A DNA stretch of 64,000 nt from an uncultured Bacilli bacterium (GCA_934095865.1 CAKOKU010000001.1:10812-74811); one strand, 5' to 3'; counted from the stretch's first letter, positions 19,955 through 28,816 are shown. Notes: a model not told the origin generated them from the letters alone. Numbers and translations: made by a program.

Positions 19955-20680
19955 GTGGCACTTATAAGAGTAAAAGGTATTGAAGAATTAAATTTAAGAG
20001 GTAAATCAATTAATGCTGGCGACCATGGTGAAATCTATGAATTTGATTCTACACATTATTTTAAAAGAATAAATGATGCTGATGGATTATTAAATAATAC
20101 TACAAATTATCAACGTAAAAACATATTAGAGTTTTTGATGAAATTTAAAGGTACAAAACATTTAGTTTTTCCTGAAGATATTTATGTTACTAAAGAGCAA
20201 TTGCTTGGCTATACTTCTGTGAAGAAGGATGCCAAACCGTTAGCGTCTTTAGATGATGATGCCAGATTAGCCGATGTTTTAAAATCTTTTAAAGTATTAC
20301 TAAAAGAATTAAAAATTTTAGCAAATGGTGGTGTTTTTAATTATGATTTATCTCCCGACAATGTCTTATTTGATAAAGAAATGTGGGTTATAGATTTTGA
20401 TGAAAGTTCTTATAATAAAAAGCTTAGCTATGAAAGAATGGTTTTGCGTCTTTTCCAAACTGTTAGAGATTCAATAGTTGGTGATTGCTATGCTTCGCCT
20501 TTATTAAGACAAAGAGATTTAGAAGAGTTATACCGTCAATTTGTGTCGTATGAGTCTTTAGATTATGATGCCTATTTTCGCTTATTAATATCAAATGCCG
20601 AGTATGCAAATTATTTTAAAAGAGTAAAAACGGTCGGCGATTTAAGAAGAAGCTTAGAAATAGCAAAGAAAAATTTATGA
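19955..20680 (+). CDS. Minimal protein-kinase-like fold protein, paralogue 1 (motifs intact)
   Basis: NYDLSPDNVLF (20339-20371) matches a kinase catalytic loop; VIDFDES (DFD at 20393-20401) matches the metal-binding motif. FKRIN gives a candidate VAIK-type Lys. GTG start at 19955 yields MALIRVKGIEE, parallel to the paralogues. Confidence 0.6.
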   Translation: MALIRVKGIEELNLRGKSINAGDHGEIYEFDSTHYFKRINDADGLLNNTTNYQRKNILEFLMKFKGTKHLVFPEDIYVTKEQLLGYTSVKKDAKPLASLDDDARLADVLKSFKVLLKELKILANGGVFNYDLSPDNVLFDKEMWVIDFDESSYNKKLSYERMVLRLFQTVRDSIVGDCYASPLLRQRDLEELYRQFVSYESLDYDAYFRLLISNAEYANYFKRVKTVGDLRRSLEIAKKNL

Positions 20681-21373
20681 GTAAAATAAGAGTTAAAAGT
20701 ATAGAAGAAATACCATTAAAAAGTGATGAAATTAATCGTGGCAATGGTGGTGTTATATATTTAACTAGAGCTGGCGATTATTTTAAATTATTAAATCCAG
20801 AATATAGATTTTGGCAAAACAGTAGTAATTACAATCGCCTTAGAATTCTAGAAAAACTGATGGGTCTTGGTCCTACTAATTATTTGGTATTACCTAAAGA
20901 TATTTATGTTACAGATGAAGCACTACTTGGTTATACCATGAATATTTGTAATGGAATACCATTGGGCTATTTTGCTGATAATATAAAATATGGTGATATT
21001 GTTAGAGCTTTTAATAATATTTTGAAAGAAATAAGATTTAGCTATTGAAAATATTGATATTTGCAGTGATAATGTGCTATTTGATGGTGTAAATCTTTAT
21101 ATGTTGGATTTTGATAATAGCATTAGTGATGTTAATCCAGAAATTGCATATAGATTGATGGCAAATGGTCTTTTAGGACTGGTATTAAGCAAAATTATAG
21201 ATGATTTTGTGGTTCCTGATAAAGATTTAATTAATTTTAAAAATCAGCTTGATATGCTAAGAAGTGAGAATCATAGTTTTTATTTACTTTTATTAAAATA
21301 TAAGTTAGAAAGATATTGTGGGATGGATATTAAAACTGTTGGTGATATTCGCCGAATATTACGTTTGCTTTAG
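20677..21373 (+). pseudogene. Kinase-like paralogue 2, split by a frameshift near 21034
   Basis: ORFs 20677-21048 and 21074-21373 are the N- and C-terminal halves. Shifting +1 at 21034/21035 restores LKEI/DLAIENIDICSDNVLFDGVNLYMLDFDNS, colinear with paralogue 1. Confidence 0.7.
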
Positions 21374-21395
21374 CTTCTATAATAGGTGATTTTAA

Positions 21396-21424
21396 TTGAC
21401 TTTCTTAAGAATTAATTATATCCT
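21396..21424 (+). promoter_or_regulatory. Promoter-like element TTGACT-17-TATCCT
   Basis: TTAATTGACT ... TATCCT, duplicated from the 19901 element. Confidence 0.4.
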
Positions 21425-21447
21425 AAGTAGTATGAAAAGGTGAAATT

Positions 21448-22194
21448 ATGGCAATTATAAAAGTTAAGAATATACAAGAGATTGGTTTTAGTAATGATAT
21501 AGTACGTACAAGCAGAACTGGCGTTAATTATACTATGCCTGGACAGGATAATGTTGTTTTCAAAAGATTAAATAATGATACTGGTTTTTTAGATTCACAA
21601 GAAAGTGAGGACCGTTTTAATACTTTAGTTGAATTGATGAATAATGGTAAGGTTTATACCGGTTGTGAAATTCCTCAAGATATATATATTTCTGGGGATG
21701 GGGTATATTTATATGGATATTCATTATTAGATAGTGGTAAATCATCTTTAAAAAGTAGACAAAACTATGATGGAAGTTATATTAAATTTTTAATTGATTA
21801 TAAAAAATTTTTAGCTGAACTTCGTGAAATGGCAAATCATGGAGTTAGTCATTATGGCATTGATTCTTCGACTTTATTATATAGTCGTAACGATGGCTTT
21901 ACTTTAAGTAGTGTAGATGAGTGCAGACATTCTGGTTATATTGCTCTATATCAGGAAATGGGTGCAAAATCTTTTGAAGTTATTAAAGGATATATTACAA
22001 GGGGTTACGAAGAATCGCCAATTTTAAGAGATGGTGGCTTACAAGCGTTAGAAGAAGCATTTAAAAATCGTAGTCGTGCTTGTTATATGAGATATTTATA
22101 TAAATTACAATTTGAGACTTCGATGGAATTAGGTAGTCCAGCTACAAGTATTGAAGATGTAAGAAATGGTCTAAAACATAGTTTAAAAAGATAA
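21448..22194 (+). CDS. Kinase-like paralogue 3 with degenerate catalytic motifs (predicted pseudokinase)
   Basis: N-terminus MAIIKVKNIQE and VFKRLNN are conserved. The catalytic loop becomes HYGIDSSTLLY and DFD becomes SSVDE. AAGGTG RBS. Confidence 0.6.
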   Translation: MAIIKVKNIQEIGFSNDIVRTSRTGVNYTMPGQDNVVFKRLNNDTGFLDSQESEDRFNTLVELMNNGKVYTGCEIPQDIYISGDGVYLYGYSLLDSGKSSLKSRQNYDGSYIKFLIDYKKFLAELREMANHGVSHYGIDSSTLLYSRNDGFTLSSVDECRHSGYIALYQEMGAKSFEVIKGYITRGYEESPILRDGGLQALEEAFKNRSRACYMRYLYKLQFETSMELGSPATSIEDVRNGLKHSLKR

Positions 22195-22202
22195 TCATAA
22201 AT

Positions 22203-22234
22203 GTACCATCTAAATATCTAGGTGGTGCTTTTTT
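22203..22234 (+). terminator. Rho-independent terminator
   Basis: GTACCATCTA-aatatc-TAGGTGGTGC followed by TTTTTT. Confidence 0.65.
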
Positions 22235-22300
22235 AATGTCTTTGATAATATAAATATGGTATACTATTCTAGTAAGAAATTATGAAATGGAAAATTGACA

Positions 22301-23399
22301 ATGGATATAAGAGAAATTAAGTTAAAATATAATGATTTAGTTAATAAAGTTAGTGAAATTGGGAGGTCTCTTTGACGTAGAGGCTAAAAAAAATAGAATA
22401 AAGGAACTAGAAACTGCTTTAAACGATAGCTCTATTTGGAGTGATTTAGAACGTGCAAATAAGATTAATGCTGAATTGACTAATTTAAAAAAAGAAATAA
22501 GTGGCATAAGTAAAATTAATCTTAGTATAGAAACAATTGCCTTAATGTTAGATGAAGCAACAAGTGATGCTGAACTTATGAATGAAGTGGCATTAGAGAT
22601 TGAAAATGTTTCTAAAGAAGTTGAGGAACTTTATATAGCAACTCTTTTAAATGGACCTTATGATAATTTAAATTGCTTTTTAGAAATTCATCCTGGAGCT
22701 GGTGGTACCGAGGCTTGTGATTGGGCAAGTATGCTTCTTAGAATGTATGAACGTTTTTGTGAAAAAAATAATTATAAATATGAAGTAATAGATTTTCTTA
22801 AAGGGGAAGAAGCCGGTGTTAAGTCTGTAACTTTAAGAATTAGCGGGTTTAATGCTTATGGTTATTTTAAAGGCGAAAAGGGTATTCATCGTTTGGTAAG
22901 AATATCTCCATTTGATTCAAATAAGAGAAGACACACGTCTTTTGCTTCTGTTAGTGTAGTTCCTGAATTTGAAAAGATAAGTGATATTGAAATAAAAGAT
23001 GAAGACTTAAAAATAGACGTTTTTCATTCTAGTGGGGCTGGCGGTCAATCTGTTAATACTTCTGATAGTGCCGTAAGAATTACCCATTTACCAACTAATA
23101 TAGTTGTTAGTTGTCAGGTAGAACGTAGTCAATTAAGAAATAAAGAACGTGCAATGGAAATGTTAAAATCAAAGTTATATCAATTAGAAGTTGAAAAAAA
23201 AGAAGCTGAATTAAATAAAGAAAAAGGCTTAAATTCTAGTATTAATTTCGGTAGTCAAATAAGAAATTATGTTTTAGAACCATATACTTTAGTGAAGGAT
23301 GTAAGAAGTGGTTATGAAACTAGTCAAGCATTTAAAGTATTAGATGGAGATATTTTAGATATAATGCAATCAGTTTTAAAAAAGAATATAAATAAGTAA
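22301..23399 (+). CDS. prfB: Peptide chain release factor 2, expressed through a programmed +1 frameshift
   Basis: Frame 0 reads MDIREIKLKYNDLVNKVSEIGRSL then TGA (22373-22375). The +1 frame continues DVEAKKNRIKELE. RF2 motifs SPF and GGQ (SGAGGQSVN) are present. Confidence 0.92.
22361..22376 (+). promoter_or_regulatory. RF2 autoregulatory +1 frameshift site
   Basis: Internal SD-like GGGAGG, then TCT CTT TGA C (slippery CUU-UGA-C). Confidence 0.9.
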
Positions 23400-23439
23400 A
23401 AAATTATAAAAGTGGATATAGAGGTCGAGAAATAAAAAC

Positions 23440-25095
23440 ATGAAAAAGTTAACTAGTTGTAGAAGAAAGGCGGCTTTTTTTCTTTCTTTATGTATAGTAA
23501 TTAATACTACTTGTTTTAGTTTGTTAGGTAATAAAAAAAGTGATGTAAAAAATAATGCTGGTATGGTTGAGGCTTTAGAGTATGAGGATACGATTGAAGC
23601 AACTGAGATTGACCAGCAAAAATGTTTGAAATTAATTGAAGAAATAAAAAGAATAAGCTTCAATGCCCAAGAAAAAACTTTATTAAGTGAAGCTGAACTT
23701 GATAGTTTTTTAAATAGAAAGACAGTTGGAGAATGTACTTATTCTTTTGATGGGGATTATACGGATATTCTGCGAGCTATTCGAGATAACTCACGGGCTT
23801 TTATAGATTCAGATAAAACTGCAAATTATCACTCTTTAGATGATGTTGATTACTTAAGAAGTTTAGGTAAATATGTTGATGTTAATGCCGAAGAAATGGC
23901 TTTATGGATTAATGAATGTTTGAAAAGTAGGATAAATAAAGTATTAGCGTCTGGAAATAAAGAACATATTCATAAATTAGCTTACTTAAAAATAGTTTTT
24001 AGGACTTTGCCAGAAGAAGAATTGGGTAATTATGATTCAGATAACAATACAATAGTTTTATCTATTCAGAATTTCTTAAAAAAATGTTTTATTAAAGATG
24101 ATTTTTATGCTGGTATTTATAATATTTTCAATCATGAAATTAATCATGCTTTTCAATACCCTTGTTCAGATATTTTAGAAATAAATGGTATTCAATATTG
24201 TGCCTTTTATAAAGAAAGTTCGGCTGAAAGTTATAATTGGTTAAAAAATCAATGCCCATATCAATCAAAAAATAAAAAATATAATTATACTTATGGATAT
24301 TTAGAAGAAAGAAAACATGAAGGAGATATTTTATTAATTAATTTTTTAGATACTTCTAAATCTTTAGATGGATATTATGATGTTATTTTTAACAATGATA
24401 TGTTAGGTCTTGGCAGTTATTTAGGCCTTGATTTTAGTCAAACAAAAGAATTAGTTTGTGCGATGTATTTAATGGATGCTGCAAGTTTAAGAAATAACTA
24501 TTGGCAACAGGCTTTTCATACTCAAGATTTAGCCAGTATTGATGCTAACATTGATAAAACAGTTGGAATGCTGGTTAATGGTGTTTCTGAAGGCGTGGTT
24601 TTAAAATTATCATTGACTAATTTATTAATGAAGACATTAGATGGCAGTGTAACATTAGAAGAAAATTTAGCCCTTTATTATTTCATTTTGGTTAATATAT
24701 TTGATTCAGTTTGTTATAGTGATTATGATTATGCCAATGAAATTTCAACAGTAACTTATTATCAAGAATTTTGTTCAAAGTATCAAATAATGCAGGAAAT
24801 TTATTTTGAATTTTTAAGTAATTATTATGGTGTAGATATTGATGAGATAGTTGAAATGTTCTCTGATATTATTAATAGTGATTTTTTGACTTGCCTTAGT
24901 GATTATGTTGAATATGATCAAGTAGATGATAGTAAGTATGGCATTTTGATTAAAAGATTAATGACTACTTATCCAACAATGTATTTTATTGCTAATGACG
25001 GGACGGTATTTTCTAATTTTAATATTGATAGTATTAGAATGCTATTAGCAGATAGCGCTATAAAAAGTAAATATTTAGTGTTAACTTTGGGGTAA
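23440..25095 (+). CDS. Exported HExxH protein, paralogue 1 (putative zinc metallopeptidase of an unrecognised family)
   Basis: N-terminal signal or lipoprotein-like peptide (FFLSLCIVINTTC). HEINH at 24133-24147. Colinear similarity to the next two genes. Confidence 0.6.
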   Translation: MKKLTSCRRKAAFFLSLCIVINTTCFSLLGNKKSDVKNNAGMVEALEYEDTIEATEIDQQKCLKLIEEIKRISFNAQEKTLLSEAELDSFLNRKTVGECTYSFDGDYTDILRAIRDNSRAFIDSDKTANYHSLDDVDYLRSLGKYVDVNAEEMALWINECLKSRINKVLASGNKEHIHKLAYLKIVFRTLPEEELGNYDSDNNTIVLSIQNFLKKCFIKDDFYAGIYNIFNHEINHAFQYPCSDILEINGIQYCAFYKESSAESYNWLKNQCPYQSKNKKYNYTYGYLEERKHEGDILLINFLDTSKSLDGYYDVIFNNDMLGLGSYLGLDFSQTKELVCAMYLMDAASLRNNYWQQAFHTQDLASIDANIDKTVGMLVNGVSEGVVLKLSLTNLLMKTLDGSVTLEENLALYYFILVNIFDSVCYSDYDYANEISTVTYYQEFCSKYQIMQEIYFEFLSNYYGVDIDEIVEMFSDIINSDFLTCLSDYVEYDQVDDSKYGILIKRLMTTYPTMYFIANDGTVFSNFNIDSIRMLLADSAIKSKYLVLTLG

Positions 25096-25154
25096 ATAAT
25101 ATTTTGACTTTTTAGAAAATTTCTTTATAATATAGCTTACGGAGGTTTTTAGCA

Positions 25155-26864
25155 TTGAATAATATGAAAAAAAGACTAACATCGTTATTATTGGTGTTCT
25201 GCATCACGGTAAGTAATACGGGATGTAAGGTCTTTAAGCGTGCTAAAAATGACATAGAACTTAATGATTCTAGTGTTTCAGTTAGTGATATTGAGGCTAG
25301 TAATACAGAATTAGAAATTGCCTTTAGAGAATTTGTATCTTCCTTAGATAAAGTCGATGGTGTTGATAAAAAAATCCATTTTACAAAAAAAGAAGAGATA
25401 GAAATAACTACTTTGACTCCAACTCATGCTTGTGTTTATGAGTTTACGGGAACTGGACTAGATTTAATTGAATTAATAGAACAAAATACTGGCGAGTATT
25501 TAGAAGCACATAGTGAATATAAGAGCTTTTTTGATGATAGTTATATGAGTGAGGAGTCTTATGTAAATTACTTTGGGTTGGAACTTAATGAAGATGATAT
25601 CAAAAGAGTAAAAGAAGTTATGGCTGATGCCTTATACAATAAAGTGTTGTATGTCTTAAATAATGATACTGATGATGATGTTCATAAGTTAGCAACTTTA
25701 AGCATTGTGTTTGTAGAAGACTTTGCTAATTCCAATAGCAACTTTAGAACATATGGCGTGTATGAAAATAGTGAGAATGTTATTAAGATTTCTTTAAAAA
25801 ATATTTTGGATAGTTCAAATAGCTATTTTCGGGTAATTCAATCAGCTTATAATGCTGCTGCTCATGAACTAAGTCATATTGATGATTATGCTTGCTCTGA
25901 TCGATTGTTAGCTGGTGATAACGAAAAGATAGATTTTTTGAATAGAGAGTTTGTATCTTCACTAAGAGAAGCTGAAAATTCTAGTTTTCAACAAAGTGGC
26001 ATGGTAGATAATCCTTGGCGTACTTATATGTCATCATCCGATTATTGTTATGATAGCTTTCGCCAATTTGAATCATGTTTATTTTTAACTAATGCTTTTG
26101 ATAAAGATAAGACAATTGCTGATTATTATTTAGCTTTTAAGAGTAGTGATTTATCAAAATTATATGAATATTTTTCTCTGATGACTAAAGAAGAGCAAAT
26201 AGAATTTATTAAAATAATTTATGCTTATGATGCCACTCAGGCCAGAAACAATTATGCAGCTAGTTTTACTAGTGAAGATGCTAAAGAAAGATATTGGCAA
26301 GTTGAAGATAGTTTAGAAAAAAGTTATTTTATTAGTATTTTAAAGATGGCCTTGATTAATTTGGCTCAATATAATGTTAATAATGAAGGGGATTTAAACT
26401 GTAAAGATAACTTGATGCTTTATTATTATATTATGATTACTATTGCAGATAATGCAGCTTTAGCTGATGTAGATAGTAATGGGGAGGCAGTAGTTTATTT
26501 TTATGATAGTTTTTGTCGTAATTATAAACAGATTGAGGAAAGCTTTTTCAGATTTTTAAGTGCTTGTTATGGAATGTCAGTGGAAGAAGTTCAAGAAATG
26601 TATAAAAAAACTTCAAGTGATGAATTACTGACTAAGATAAATAAGATAGATTGTTATGATGAAAATAAGTTAACAAGAATTGGTCGGCTTTTTGATAAGT
26701 TTAGCAATTTAAAGGTTGCTTTAAGAAGCCGAGATAAAGATATAGATACAGGGTTAATGATAGATAATATTTGGTTACAAGTTTTAGAGCAGCTTAATGA
26801 TTATGATGATGAAAAGCAAAATATATTAGGGTTAAATGTAGTAAGGAGAAATTATCATGAATAA
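25155..26864 (+). CDS. Lipoprotein with HExxH motif, paralogue 2
   Basis: Lipobox-like LLLVFCITVSNTGC. HELSH at 25863-25877. TTG start 9 nt after GGAGG (alternative ATG at 25164). Confidence 0.6.
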   Translation: MNNMKKRLTSLLLVFCITVSNTGCKVFKRAKNDIELNDSSVSVSDIEASNTELEIAFREFVSSLDKVDGVDKKIHFTKKEEIEITTLTPTHACVYEFTGTGLDLIELIEQNTGEYLEAHSEYKSFFDDSYMSEESYVNYFGLELNEDDIKRVKEVMADALYNKVLYVLNNDTDDDVHKLATLSIVFVEDFANSNSNFRTYGVYENSENVIKISLKNILDSSNSYFRVIQSAYNAAAHELSHIDDYACSDRLLAGDNEKIDFLNREFVSSLREAENSSFQQSGMVDNPWRTYMSSSDYCYDSFRQFESCLFLTNAFDKDKTIADYYLAFKSSDLSKLYEYFSLMTKEEQIEFIKIIYAYDATQARNNYAASFTSEDAKERYWQVEDSLEKSYFISILKMALINLAQYNVNNEGDLNCKDNLMLYYYIMITIADNAALADVDSNGEAVVYFYDSFCRNYKQIEESFFRFLSACYGMSVEEVQEMYKKTSSDELLTKINKIDCYDENKLTRIGRLFDKFSNLKVALRSRDKDIDTGLMIDNIWLQVLEQLNDYDDEKQNILGLNVVRRNYHE

Positions 26865-28602
26865 TAATATGAGTTATGGTGAAAAATCGATTGAAAAAAG
26901 AAGAAAACAAGAGGCTAAGAGAAATAAAATTTTAGGATCAATTGCTTTAGTGGTTGCTATTAATGTGGCTTTAGTAAGTGCTTATTTACATGGTGGTGTT
27001 GGTGCTGTCTTAGCAGCGGTCAAGAAAAATAAGAGTGAAGATGAAGAATCTGCAATTGCTTTAATGACAACTTCTGCTAGAGTTACTGGCGATGGTATTT
27101 CTGAGAATAATGATTTTAGTGAAATTTTATTTTTAAGTCAAAAAGAACAAGAAGAATTGTTAAGAAGAATTAATGATGGTTATCAAGATAAATGTACTTT
27201 TGAAAAAGAATGCAGTGCTGCTGATATAGTTAATACTATCATGAGTAATAGTGCTGATTTTGCTAGTAATCATCCTGGTTATTTATCACTATTTGATTAT
27301 GAAGGGTTAGCTTCTTATATTTTAACTAATGATATTGATATAGATGATTTTGATACGGCTATGAAAGCTATGACTACTGGGGTAATTTTTGTTGTTAAAG
27401 ATGCTTGTGCCAAATATGATGATGGTGTGATTGGCTCTAAAAGTGATATTCACAATTTAATGGATGTAAAGTTGGTACTAGATATTGAAGGTAAGAATCA
27501 AGTTGATGATGTTAATTGTATTGCCATTGACTATAAAGGTATTACTAGCCAAATAGAGGATAATCAACAGAAAAAGGTTGTTTATAATAGCGCTTTTATG
27601 GAATTAATGATTAGTAAACTTACTCGTATTATTCAACGTGATTGTCCTGAGTATGGAGCCGAGTCTAAAGTGTTGACTTATGATAGTGAGGTAGTTCCTT
27701 TTATACTAGATACTAGTACTATAAGTGTAATACCTAATTATTATGGTATAACATTGTCTAATAATTTTGATAAGACTTTACTTTTTGAAAGAAATGCTGA
27801 AGCCAAGCTTCTATTGCTTACTTTATTTGATAGAGATAAAGATATAAGTTGGTATTATAATGCTATAAATAAAAATGATTTAGCGAGCTTTTGTGAATAT
27901 TTTGGAGCTAATAGTAGTGAAGAACAACTTAGATTGTTTAATTTAATTGCCTCATATGATGCGGTTTATATGAGAAATTCTTATTATAAGAAAGTTAGAA
28001 ATATGCTTGATTTAACTGATTATACATCTTATGCTAAGGAAAAATTGGCTCAAAGAGTAGAAGATAAAATTGATTTTAGTAATGATGCTACTATTTTAGG
28101 TATTGCTATTGATAAAATGATTACAGATGCTAATAGCCACGCAGATTTGAGCATGATAGATTATTTTGACTTATTTGATTTTGTTTCTAGTGTTGCTTTT
28201 GCTGATACTTATTCTTCAGATAGTACTATGTCATTTGACGTATCTGATACTTTAATTGCCAAATATTTTGAACTTAAAGATAAATTTATTAAATCTATGG
28301 CAGTAAGATATGATTGTTCATTGGAAGATGCTTTAAACGCTTATGAAAATAATCGTCATAATTCATTATTTTTCTCATCTTTAGCTTATAAATCCGGTAG
28401 TGTTTATTATGATCCATCTGTTAGCTTGGACGATTATCCTTTCTTAGCAGATCAATACAGCTCTTCAAAAGGTGTATGTGATGATCTTTTAAAAGTATTT
28501 GGCAATTTAGATGATATTGCTAGATTATGTCCTAACTTTTATAAAGGCGTTCCAGAAAATGTTTTAGAATCTGGTAAAAAATTAAATAAAGATTTAAATT
28601 AA
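26857..28602 (+). CDS. Membrane-anchored paralogue 3 with degenerate metal site (MELMI in place of HExxH)
   Basis: Overlaps the upstream gene by 8 nt (AAGGAG RBS). N-terminal TM ILGSIALVVAINVALVSAYL without a lipobox Cys. MELMI at 27598-27612 aligns with the HExxH of its paralogues. Confidence 0.6.
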   Translation: MNNNMSYGEKSIEKRRKQEAKRNKILGSIALVVAINVALVSAYLHGGVGAVLAAVKKNKSEDEESAIALMTTSARVTGDGISENNDFSEILFLSQKEQEELLRRINDGYQDKCTFEKECSAADIVNTIMSNSADFASNHPGYLSLFDYEGLASYILTNDIDIDDFDTAMKAMTTGVIFVVKDACAKYDDGVIGSKSDIHNLMDVKLVLDIEGKNQVDDVNCIAIDYKGITSQIEDNQQKKVVYNSAFMELMISKLTRIIQRDCPEYGAESKVLTYDSEVVPFILDTSTISVIPNYYGITLSNNFDKTLLFERNAEAKLLLLTLFDRDKDISWYYNAINKNDLASFCEYFGANSSEEQLRLFNLIASYDAVYMRNSYYKKVRNMLDLTDYTSYAKEKLAQRVEDKIDFSNDATILGIAIDKMITDANSHADLSMIDYFDLFDFVSSVAFADTYSSDSTMSFDVSDTLIAKYFELKDKFIKSMAVRYDCSLEDALNAYENNRHNSLFFSSLAYKSGSVYYDPSVSLDDYPFLADQYSSSKGVCDDLLKVFGNLDDIARLCPNFYKGVPENVLESGKKLNKDLN

Positions 28603-28630
28603 AATAATATTTATTTTGTTTCTATTTGAA

Positions 28631-28661
28631 TATCTGTTTTTAAAAAGACAGGTATTTTTTT
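28631..28661 (+). terminator. Rho-independent terminator candidate
   Basis: TATCTGTTTTT / AAAAAGACAGGTA imperfect stem followed by TTTTTTT. Confidence 0.45.
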
Positions 28662-28695
28662 CTGCTTAATGGATATAATATATAATCTTTTTTTG

Positions 28696-28720
28696 TTCAT
28701 AGAGTTACATACTCTATGAA
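28696..28720. repeat. Perfect 10-bp-stem hairpin, copy A (TTCATAGAGT-TACAT-ACTCTATGAA)
   Basis: The 25-nt sequence recurs as its exact reverse complement at 28958-28982. Confidence 0.9.
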
Positions 28721-28816
28721 TACGTAATTACGTGCATCTATTCTTAATTTCTATTGTAATTTTACCATATTTTAAACACTTTTGGTACCTAATAAAATGC
28801 TTTTTAGTGTAAATTA

